64,000 nucleotides of DNA, from contig OZ360231.1 of NCBI GenBank assembly GCA_977017645.1, positions 54,064,001 to 54,128,000 of the forward strand, read 5' to 3'. The position numbers were made by a program, and so were the translations under genes. Source of the stretch: Torpedo marmorata (lineage: Eukaryota). A model generated the notes under the pieces. That model made no database searches and had not been told where the DNA came from. It saw only the letters and a program-made list of their open reading frames with translations. Positions within the stretch are counted from its first letter, which is position 1. Each line of letters starts with the position of its first letter. This document shows, one piece after another, positions 39,901 to 51,900 of this stretch.

Positions 39901-42900
39901 AGTTATTCTTGAACTGCTGCTCCCACAGGTCATCAAGTTTAACAATCGATATCTTGTTGACACTTATAGCCGACTGGTCCTGAACCTCATTTCTTCCTCC
40001 TAATAGTCCATTAATCATCCAACCAAGCATAGTTTTGACAGCATAAGGTCCGTCTCCCACACTCCTTATCATATCTAGTGGTTCCAGAGCTTTTGGTACA
40101 TCTGAACCAATCAGCAACTCTATCTCAGAGTTGATTTCGCGTAAACAAACTTTTTCAAATGCGTCCACAGTTCAATGTCGTTTTGATGTGGGATGTTTCC
40201 TTTATGCACAGGCATAGTTTTCTGAGTGTATATGCCTGGGAGTTCACAAAAATTGTTACTATCCAGTCCAGCGATCCCTAAGCCCAAAACAACGCTGGTT
40301 TCAATGATTTTAACTTGACCTATAGTTCTCAATAGAATTTTTGACATTCTTCCTTGAAGATTAAGCTTATTCATTAGCCCCACAGTGCAAAATGACGCAG
40401 TGCTACCTGGGTCAAGAAATGCATAAGTATGCACTATTGCACTTCCTTTCTTGGCCTTGACTTACACAGGTACTATTAAAAGTTTGCAATTGTTCTCACC
40501 GGCCCCATTAACACCATTTGTCTGTACCGAGGCTACAGCACTGTTTTCATCTGCTTCTTTTCTTGCTGTTTGTTCCTTTTCCGTATTCTTCTTCTCCTGG
40601 AAGATATGTAGCATTTTGGGATGCTTTTGACTGCATATGTCACAGCTGAGTCGCTTTTTGCAGTTCTTGCTGATGTGTCCTTTACACAGACAGCCAAAAC
40701 ATACTCCATTTTCCTTCATAAAAGCGATTTTCTCACTATGCGTCTTCTTTTCCAACTGTGCACACTTTTCCAAAGCATGCTTATCTTTACAGAACAAACA
40801 TTTCTTCACAGCAGGCAAACTTTCCTTATCCTTAATTTCTTTATCCGCAACTGCCACGGAGGTGGCAAATGTACTTTTTTTAAATTTTGGTTGAGGGTAT
40901 GATTTGGACCTCTCAACTTCTTTGCTTACTGTCTGAGTGCCTTTGATATTTCCAGATACTGGATCTGTGACAACGTCCACTTGCCCTTCAATGAACTCCA
41001 CCAAATCCCTAAAAGTAGCCGTTTGATCGTATTTTTTCTGGTATTCAACAACTGAACTTCTCCATAGTTCTCTCATCCGGTAGGGTAATTTATTTAAAAT
41101 GATTAGCATATTAGCTCTTGTAGATGGCTGATCTCAGCCATAACATTGCAACATCCTCTTAGAAAGCTTGTAGAACTTTCGTGTCATCCGGTTTTATGGA
41201 CGACCATGAAAGAGCCTTCTGTGTATAAGCTGTAGCAATTTTATGCTTGTTGCCAAAATGGTCCTTCAGCAAAGACTTAGCCCTTTCAAATCCTTCGTTC
41301 GGGGTCATATGATGGCAACTCCTTACAAGTTCTTGTGGTTGTCCGCTCGTAAACTGTGCCAAATAATATAGACAATCATCTGAGTTTTGGCTCTTACTTT
41401 CAATACTACGTTCAAAGTTTCTCGTGATCACTTGGAACTGAAGTGGGTCACCATTAAAAACTTGAATATCTCTTGGGCAAAGAGAGAGACTGTAACAGGA
41501 TTAACGATGCAGCCATTTCATCTTGCCTTCTCATGCCTGAGCTTCTGTTACCTGACGGGAGCATCAAATATTCTGCCTTGAGAGATTGTATTTGGCTCAC
41601 ATCTCTGTCCACTGTGGTCAGATTTCAGATTTATTGTCAGAGTACATACATGACGTCACATACAACCCTGAGATTATTTTTTCCTGCGGGCGCAGCAGAA
41701 TTACCACTAATTGGTAGTGCAAAAAGTAAACTGTACACAGAGTAAACAATCAAAAGAACTGCTAACAGGTAACGAATGAAACTGAAAATGAAACTGAGCA
41801 ATACAGAGAGCAAAGAAAAATCAATAAAGTGCACGAGTAAGAGTCCTTAAATGAGTCTCTGATTTGACTTTGTCGTTGAGGATTCTGATGGTAGAGGGGT
41901 AGCAGCTGTTCCTAAACCTGGTGGTGCGAGTCTTGTGGCACCTATACCTCTCTCCTAATGGCAGCAGCGTGCGCTGGGTGGTGTGGGTCTTTAATGATCG
42001 CTGCTGCCCTCCGACGGCAGCGTTCCCTGCAGATGTACTCAATAGTGGGGAGAGTTTTGCCAGTAATGTCCTGGGCTGTGTCCACTACCTTATAGAGGGC
42101 TTTACGCTCAGGGGTATTGGTGTTCCCATACCAGACCTTGATGCAGCCGGTCAGCATACTTTCCACCACACATCCGTAGAAATTTGCCAGGGTTTCTGGT
42201 GACATACCAAACCTCTGCAAGCTCCTGAGGAAGTAGAGGCGCTGACGTGCTTTCTTCGCGATGCCATTAGTGTGTTGGGTCCAGGCAAGATCCTCCGAGA
42301 TAGTGACTCCCAAGAAACTAAATTTGCTCACCCTCTCCCACCTCTGATCCCCCAATGATCACTGGATTGTATACCTATGGCTTTCTTTTCCTGAAGTCAA
42401 CAATCAGCTCCTTAGTTTTGGTGACATTGAGTGTAAGGTTGTTTTTGGTGCACCATTCAGCCAGGTTTTCAATCTCCATCCTGTATGCTGACTCATCCCC
42501 TTCCTTTATACAACCTACTACCGTGGTATTGTCGGTAAATTTGTAGATGGTGATATTGTCATACCGAGCTACACAGTCAGAGGTGTAAAGTGAGTAGAGC
42601 AGGGGGCTAAGAACACAGGTGGAGATTGTGGAGAAGTTCTTACCAATCTTCACTGATTGTGGTCTGGAAGTGAGGAAATCAATGATCCAATTACGCAGTG
42701 GGGTGTTAACTCCCAGGTCTTGGAGTTTGCTGATAAGTTTTGAGGGGATGATGGTGTTAAATGCTGAACTGTAGTCGATAAAGAGCATCCTGATGTATGC
42801 ATCTTTGCTGTCCAGGTGTTCCAGGGCTTTATGTAAGGCCAGTGAGATGGCATCAGCCGTAGTCCTGTTGCCGCGATAGGTTAACTGGAATGGACCCATG

Positions 42901-45900
42901 TCACTGCTCAGACAGGAGCTGATATACTTCATCACCAGCCTTTCAAAACACTTCATCACTGTTGATGTAAGTGCTACAGGTCGATAGTCGTTAAGGCAGG
43001 TTACTGCACTATTCTTGGGCACCGGTATGATTGACGCCTGTTTGAAACAGGTGGGTACCACGCCCTGCTGGAGTGAGACATTGAAGATATCCGTGAATAC
43101 CTTGGTAAGTTGATCAGCACAGATCTTTAATACTCAACCAGGTACTCCATCCGGGCCGGATGCTTTTCTCGGATTCACTCTCCTGAAGGCAGCACGCACT
43201 TCATCCTCAGATACGGACAGGGTGAGATCGTCAGGGGACGTGGGGGTGCGGAGGGGTGGTTCTTCGCTGTTACTATCGTCAAATCGGGCATAGAAGGCGT
43301 TGAGTTCCTCTGGGAGAAAAGCTTTGCCGTCACCTACTTTACCGGATTTGGTTTTGTAACAGGTTATGGCATTCAGACCCTGCCACAGCTGTCGGGTGTC
43401 CCTTATTGTTTCCATTTTCATCCGGAATCTCCATCGCCCGGGATATAGCCTTCCAGAGGTCATACCTGCTCCTGCTGTACTGATCTGGATCTCCGGACTT
43501 AAATGCCTGCGATCTGGCTCTCAGCAGGTTCCGGATTTCACTGTTCATCCAGGGCTTCTGGTTGGGGAACACCCTGAATGATTTGGTGGGGACACACTCA
43601 TTCACAGCTGTTTTGATAAAGTGTGTGACGGCCTCGGTGTACTCGTTCAAGAACTCTGCTGAGAATCTGAACATCACCCAACCGCTGACTCAAGGAAGTC
43701 CTGTAACCGTTCTTCAGCCTTCTGCGACCACATCCTAGCTGTCCTGACCTCCGGAGCCCCTCTCTTTAGGCTCTGTCTGTATGAAGGCAGAAGGAGCACA
43801 ACCAGGTGATCAGACTTGCCAAAGTGCGGTCTCGGGAAAGACCGCACTTGGGGTTTGAGGTTTGGCACCACTGTGCCTTTACATGATTTGTTCAGTTACA
43901 TACACGTCTTGTAACCGTGGCACTGGCTCTGCCTTGGTATTAAATATTTTCTTTTTCTGTTGTCCTTTCTCAAAACGTGACTCCAGAGCATTAAACACTT
44001 TAGATAATTTACTTTGAAGACCAGATACCTCTGAGCCTTCTAGTGCCTTCGCCCTGGCCTTATTATCAGCAATTTTTGTTTCCAGTTCCAGACTATCCTT
44101 TTGCCTCTTTAGCTGCACCTCCTCCCTCCTTAGCTGCTCCTCCTGCAGCTCCTTTTCCATCCGTAGCTGCTCCTTTTGTCTCCGTAACTGCTCTTCTTCT
44201 CTCCGTAGCTGCTCCTCTTCTCTCCGTAGCTGCTCCTTTTTCTGTTCCTCCTCCCTCCGTAGCTGCTCCTTTGTCCTCCTTAGCTGCTCCTCCTGCTCTT
44301 CTAAGACCAACTTATTTTGAAGCAATTCTTGTTCTACTTCAAGAGCGGCCACGACAGCCTGAACCTTTAAACATGCAGATGCAGTACTTGAAGTACGGGA
44401 AGCTCTAGAGCTTGCTCTAGAACTTCTGTTGCTTCTCCTGCTTCCAGTATTTGACGCACTATCACTTGGTTGTATATCATCCAGTATGTCAGATGTTGCC
44501 TTAATATCTGACTTTGTCTCCATTCTTTCTTGGCCATCCTCTGCATTACCATCTTGTGGCACACCTTTTGTCATTTCCTTGTGGCTGATCTTAGATTCTG
44601 TTGATGTTTTTTGCAATAATTCTGTGGGGTTTGTATTCCCAGCAGCCAAAACCTTCTCTGCTTCTCTTGCCTCTTTCAGTCTTGTTTGAAGAGCAGTTTT
44701 GTTTCCACTTGTATCTAAGTCCCGATGTTGTAATTCTTCTCTAAGTTCCTTGACCTTCATCTCCTCGATACATCGCTCCTCAGGGGCAACAGCTTCAGCG
44801 GCAGCTGCCATATTATCCTTATCCATCCAACTAACCGCCTGGTTCTCAGGCACGAAGCTTGCACAACAATAACTCCAAAACTAAAAACAGTCCTCAAAGG
44901 ACAAGCAGCTTTTTTTCCCAAACTGTGTTCAAACTTGCAATAAACACAAAGAAGGACTCCTTAAGTAAGGCTTACCGCTGCCAATGGCCTTGATGCTGCT
45001 GTTGACAATCATGCTTCCATGAGTTCGAAATGCTCTAAACAGAGCCCAATCGACCCAATGCAAATTCCAAATCCAATTTCCAATATTCTATTGACTTAAA
45101 TTGTAGCGACTACTTTCCATTATAGTCGCTTGGAGGATAAAATAATCTTGTTGTCTATGACTCGTTCAAACAAATTCATACTAAAATTAAGTTGAATTTT
45201 CCAAAGTTTATTAAACTCTATGAAACATTGTTAACGTTATTATAAGTTGCTAAACGTTGTTACAAGCCGTTAAAACGTTGTTAGTCGGTTAATAGAATAA
45301 TGTCAGAATATTCTGTGTCCTCCATTTCGCAGAACAAAAGAAATCTAAACTAAAAAACCTTATCTCCCAAACAAGCCGAGAAACCAGCTATGACCCTGGC
45401 TCAAAGATGTTGCTAGGAGACAGCATAAAAATATGTTAAACAAAACCACAAAGCCACAAACAGACTGCTTGCGAGCATGAAATACATTTTAACCCCTACA
45501 ACAACAATTTCAAAGTAGTTCAAGAATTAACATATCAAATATAATACCTTAACTTTAATTTGTTTAATAAAGTACGGAAAGATCTAAAAAATACAGGTTT
45601 TAAATAGACCTTTAATTTTTACCTGCAAAATCTTATAAAAGCTTGCTTCCATATTCGGCACGAACTGTTTGACTCTGCTCATAAGGGTAAGAGTCTTTAA
45701 GATAACATCTGTACCTATTTTACTGTTAACATGTTGGAGAATGAGAAAAGAAATAAAAGTTTATAAAGATCATAACGATATCAATTATTATCTAACTTTA
45801 GGCTTTATATCCCTTTTAATTTGGACTTAAATTATGATGTGCATAAACAAATCAGCATTAAATGAAGCAATTTAGAAAACTGAACATCATAAATGAAAAT

Positions 45901-48900
45901 TCTCTACCAAGTAAAAAAAATCCTTTAGCAACTTAGTATTTACCCGACTTAAAATTAAAGTTAGATTGAGCAATATGTCCCCAACAGAAACATCAGTGGT
46001 ATAACAAAAATTATATAGTAGCTTCCAGCTGTTTATTTTTTAAAACATAAAGCCATCTAATTTAATTTCTCAGAATCACAGAATGAACCAAGTGACCTGT
46101 GCAGCAGTACAGCTAACAAATTAACTTTTCCATTACCACTCTTTTTAAAAATACTTCAAATATTTATCCTTTCTTTGGCAAGTTACTACTAAATCTGCTT
46201 CTCCCATCTTTTCAGACAGTACATCAAACGGTTTATTAAAAAAATATTTTGTTGTGTCAGTCCTGATTCACTTAGTAACCACATAATGCTGGCATTCTCC
46301 AATAACCTCTGTGCCACTAGAAACAGCATTCCATTTTTAAACTTTATCATAAACAATTATAATTTAAGAACATTTTATGAACAGTTATAAAGAACATGCA
46401 AATTCTTCCCAAAGGTGCTTCATAGAATAAGCAAAAGGAAAATGGACAGTAATCCACTTTCCTTTGACTTGGAGAAAGTGGGATGAGTCAAAGGACAAGT
46501 ACTGCCAGCTGGAGGAGGGTGGTGGTGGAGGGGGACTGGTTGGGTCCGTTGTCGAGGAAGAAACGAAGGGCTTTGAGGCCTTCGGTATGGGGAATGGAGA
46601 CGTATAGTGATTGGATGTTCATCAAGAAGATGAGGCAGTCGAGATCAGGGAACTGGAAGTTGTTGAAGTGTTGGAGGGCATGTGAACTATCGCAGATTTA
46701 GGTGGGGAGGGTCTGGACCAAAGGGGTCAAAATGAACTCGAGGTAAGCGGATACCAGTTCGATGGAGCAGGAGGACGCAGAAACAATGGGTCTACCAGGA
46801 CAATTGGGTTTGTGGATCTTGGGAAGGAGGTAGAACCGAGCGGAGTGGGGTTGGGAAATAATAAGGTTGGAGGCCGTGGAATGAGATGACCGGAAGTGAT
46901 GAGTTCAGAGATGGTGCATGAGATAGTGGTTTGATGAGTTTTGGTGGGGTCCTGTTGAATGGCTAAGTAAGAGGAGGTGTCTGAGAGTTGTCATCTAGCT
47001 TCGGCCAGATAGAGGTCAGTGCGCTGGACCTCAACAGTGACACCCTTGTCTGCGGGTTTGATAGTGAGGTTGGAATTGGTGCGGAGAGAGTGGAGGGCAA
47101 AGCATTCCGAGGGGGTGAGATTAGAATGAGTGAGGGGAGTGGTGAAGTCAAGACGGTTGATGACTCGGCGGCAGTTGAAAATATAAAGGTCCAGAGCAGG
47201 CAGAAGAACAGAACAAGGTGTTCAGGAGGAAGAAGGTTTAAGGTGGGAGAAGAGGTCTGAAGTGGGGGGTGGAGAATCCTGGTTGTAGAAGTTGGCACGG
47301 AGACGGAGCCAATGAAAAAGTTTGAAAACCATTGTTTTAATCGTACCTAAATTGACTCGTTATGTGCACGGTTTCATAACTCCAAAGGAAATGGGCCAAT
47401 GACAATTTTTCTCAAGCAAAATATTTCAGTAACAATTGGGTCTAGAGCAGTGGTTCTCAACCTTTTTTTACCCCCACTCACATACCACCTTAAGTAATCC
47501 CTTACTAATCACAGAGCACCTATGGCATAGGGATTACTTAAGGTGGTATGTGAGTGGAAAGAAAAAGTTTGAAAACCACTGCTTTAGGGTGAGTATTTCA
47601 AATTCAATGCATTTAACTGCAACATTCCTCTTCAGTTAATGCTGTGAACAAAAATAGTGTGAACCTATAGCCACTATACATCATATGGAAGCCCAAAAAA
47701 ATCTTTAAAGTGATGAACAAACATCCCAGCATAAAACCATTGAACAATGATGTCTTGGGAAAAAGACAACTATTTTCTTGTTTATTTTTAAAAGACAAAT
47801 CAATTGCTTACCATAGCTCCACATCTGCTATATTGCTCCGGTAACCAACTTCCATCCTATTAAATGTGAACTGATAATCCAGAATTGAAATACAATTTCT
47901 CGCAGTGAGAACCTTAGCAACCTGCAATTTCACTGTATCATCACCACAAAGCAGTAAATCTAGTTAAGAAAAAAAAACTACAAATTCTTTTCCCCCATTT
48001 CCTCTATTATTGAATATAATTCAGATTTATATCCTTTATTCTTAATAGCCCGTTTAGTTCTTATTTGATTAGATCACCTTCAGTCAGCTAGAATGACTGT
48101 AATGAACCAAAAGATTATTGCGATTTCCTGATATTTGTTAAATTATGCTTCAGTTATATTTTATATATATATATATATATATACCGTATATTTCGGCGTA
48201 TAAGTCGACTCGCAGATAAGTTGACCCCCTTTTTCAGCCTCATTTTAATGGTTTTATTGTATATCCAGCGTATAAGTCGACCCCCAAAAATCGCGATGCC
48301 TAAGATGCTGAGCGATGACTGGCGTATAAGTCGACCCCCAAAAATCGCGATGATTGAGCTGCTGGGCGTTGACCGGCGTATAGGTCGACCCACAACGATC
48401 GCACTGATTGAGCTGCTGGGCGTTGGCTGGAGGTGATTGTTATCATTGAGGCTCAATTGAAACGACGAAAGTATGAGGCGAGTTTTAAGTTAAAAGTGAT
48501 AGAAATGGCCAAGAAAACCAACAACTGTGCTGCTGCAAGAAAATTTGATATATATGAGAAGTTGGTAAGAGATTAGAGGAAGAAGAGACTAAGAAAAATA
48601 CCAAAAAGGCAATGTTTGATGAGAAGAGGAATCACTCGTTGGCCAGAGTTGGAAAATCATGTCGCAGCATGGGTACGTGAACAGAGGCAAGATTGCTACA
48701 TAGTCACCCGAAATAAAATAAGAACATTTGCACTGAAGTGGGCAAAGTTGCACCCAGAACTCAGTAAAGATTTTGAAGCTGCAGTCGGCTGGTGCAACCG
48801 TTTCATGAACAGGAAAAATCTGGTTTTACGACAAAAAACTAAAATTGCTCAGAAACTACCAAAAGATCTTGATCATAAAGTTGTAAGTTTTCACCAGTTT

Positions 48901-51900
48901 ATTTTACGTAACCAGCAGAAACACAAGTTTGCATTGGCAAATATTGGAAACATGGACGAAACCCCCATTAATTTTGACATGATAGGTAATAGAACAGTGG
49001 AATGAAAAGGTGTGAAAACTGTGCAAACCAGGAGTACAGGCCATGAAAGGACCAGGTTTACTGTGGTGTTATCGTGCATGGCCGACGGGACAAAGTTAAG
49101 ACCCATGGTAATCTTCAAACGTAAATTAAACCTAAAATAAAATTCCCTGCAGGTATTTTTGTACATTTTCATGAAAAAGGATGGATGGATGAAAATGGTG
49201 TAAAACTATGGATAGACAATGTGTGGCCAGGCGGTTTACGCAAGGAACGGAGTTTGCTGGTCTGGGATATGTTTCGTAGCCACTTAACTGAGAATACTTA
49301 CATGGCGGTTATCCCGGGGTGGTTTGACATCTATATTGCAACCTCTCGATGTCTGCTTGAACAAGCCATTCAAAGACCATGTACGTGAAGAGTAGAATAC
49401 ATGGATGTCGAGTGCAGAAAAATCATGTACAAAAGGCGGGGCAATGCTTGCTGCATCGCTTGATGTGCTGTGTGACTTCGTGCTCATAGCATGGGACAAA
49501 GTGAAAGTAGAGACTATAATAAAATCGTTTAAAAAGTGCGGTATCTCTTGTGCAATTGATGGTACGGAAGATGATTTATTGTGGGACACTGACGACGAAG
49601 CTGAAGCCGCCTCATCAGATACAGACTGCGACCCGTATGATGACTGTTTAAACAGTGAGGCCCCGGATGTGCTTGCCGAGATCTTTGCCTCAGACGATGA
49701 TAGCGAAAGTGATTTTGAAGGGTTCTAAATGTCTTGTTGTTTTCAATAAAAATGTCAATGAAAATTTGTTGCAGTCGGGTTTTTTTTTTGGTTTTTCAAG
49801 GGTCGACTTATACGCCGAATCGGGTTTTCAAGGGTCGATTTATACGCCGAATCGGGTTTTCAAGGGTCGACTTATACACCGAATCGGCGTGGAGTGGTTT
49901 TTGAGCTGATTTTAAGGTCTCAAAAGTATATCCGGCGTATAAGTCGACCCCTGTTTTTTGAGAGATTTTTGAGGGTTCAAGACTCGACTTATACGCCGAA
50001 ATATACGGTATATATACATCATCAAGAGATTAAATTGTCACAGCCTCAGCTCCATAAATGGCTCAAAGTGCTTCACTAGCTCTGGCAAAATTTAATAATA
50101 CTGGCATTAGGCTTGATTACAACCTCTTGGTTTCTGTTACAGACAACACTACAGCAAATTGCCAAAAACTCAAATTTAAATCAGTCAAGCCTTGATTTTC
50201 ATAGAGGAAAAAAATGAGTAAAATATAAAAAATAACCTTTTTCATTTTTATCTGTTCATGAATAGGCATCCAGTGATTAGCCAGTTGATCACAATTTTTA
50301 GCTCTCAGTTACAGGATGGAAATACTAATTTGCAACTTTGAACTGAAAGAATGAGAGGGAATATTACTCATCAGGAATTGAGTAAAAATCTTATTTGTTG
50401 ACATTTTCCAGACTGTAAATTATTTAACTCAGTTAAAGTGTTTTGTAAAAACATTTATCCATTTCCAAATGCAATATTAATACAATTGACATGGACAAAC
50501 TAAAATTACCTGAAAAAAAATGAAGCTGTTCAGAGTTTTCAATATATGCATTACTTGTATTAATTTCAGTGTTTGTACTTGAGATTACCAAATTAACAAA
50601 AAAGGATATCCAAAAGGACATCAAGAGCCTTTGCAATTCGATCATATTTCTTTTTTAACAGAGTGTCCTGTAAAGTATGGTCTGGAATCTGTAACTGCTC
50701 CAAGATAACAGGAAAAAGCAGCTCCATAAATGGCTCAACTGTTGTCCAAAGGGTACAGTCAATTATTTCCTGGTTAATGTAATAGAAAATAATGTTTAGT
50801 AAAAGTATAAAATTAAGGCCAAATTGTTATTTTATTACATGATATTCACTACAGAACCTTTCTGAAATTCATTTATTTTGTCTAGTGCCAACTGTCCTCC
50901 GAAATTCCTCACCCTTGCTTGTTAATCTCACTCCGTCAGCATTGGTCAAAGAACTGACCAAGAGGGAAGCCATTATTCCAAATCTAATTAATTGCATCAC
51001 CCCTTCATGATACAATGATAAACAAAATAAAATGTTGAAATTATAACTAAATATAAGTAATTATTTTACCAGTTTAGGACAGCTTTTAAATATTATTTTA
51101 TCTTGCCACTAAAATTCATCATTGCAGCACACAAACATGAAGCTGAAATTTTTTTAATCACCCTGTTAGTGGAATAGTTGCTTCTCTGTTTACATTGACA
51201 GTGTGGAGTTTTAATTAAAAAAGTATGTCATTTAGTTTTCATGCGGTTTGTTCACAATAAATAGGAATATTCAGCACATTGAATGATCTACAGTTACAAA
51301 GAATCCAATATAATACAATAATCTGAGTGTGATTGTAATTTCCTAAAAACTAACAATTACTTGACCATAGGCATGTTCTAACAGGAAGGGCATAAACTCT
51401 ACTCTCTCGTAACAATGAAATTATTTATTCTGAATGGTAAGTTTGGACAATTTCCAAAATAATCACACTAGCCCCTGTTATTTATTCTCACTTTTCTCTC
51501 CGTCCTCAAAGAAAAAAAAGTTTGCTGAAATAACCGAGTCTAATCTAACTACTTCAGTCCTAAACTGAACGATTACAATTAATGTTTGCTAAGTTTTATA
51601 TTTCAACTTCCAGGAAGAGTATACAGTGCCCTCCATAATGTTTGGGACATAGACACTTTTTTTTTCCCTTGTGCTCCACAGTTTTAAATTTGTAATCAAG
51701 CGATTCACATGTAATTAAAGTGCACATTCCAGATTTTATTCAAGGTTATTTGTACAAATTTTGGTTTGACCATATAGAAATTACAGCACTTTTTATACAT
51801 AGCCCCCTCATTTCAGGGCACCATAATGTTTGGGACATTTAGCTTCACAGGTGTTTGTGAGTACTCAGGTATGTTTAATTGCTTCATTGGTGCAGGTATA

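Larger units (their letters stand above)
33437..45500 (-). mobile_element. BEL/Pao LTR retrotransposon, decayed, with three nested insertions
   Basis: LTRs 45102-45500 and 33437-36166 (the latter split by Rex1); 5-bp TSD ACAAC; triple zinc knuckle, AFLDPGS protease, FYVDD RT, HHFTDA and KARVAP RNase H, integrase. Confidence 0.94.

Noticed and set aside
48197-48392. CRISPR-like repeat-spacer array
   Set aside because: Subterminal repeats of a pogo transposon in eukaryotic DNA; spacers resemble each other and there are no cas genes.
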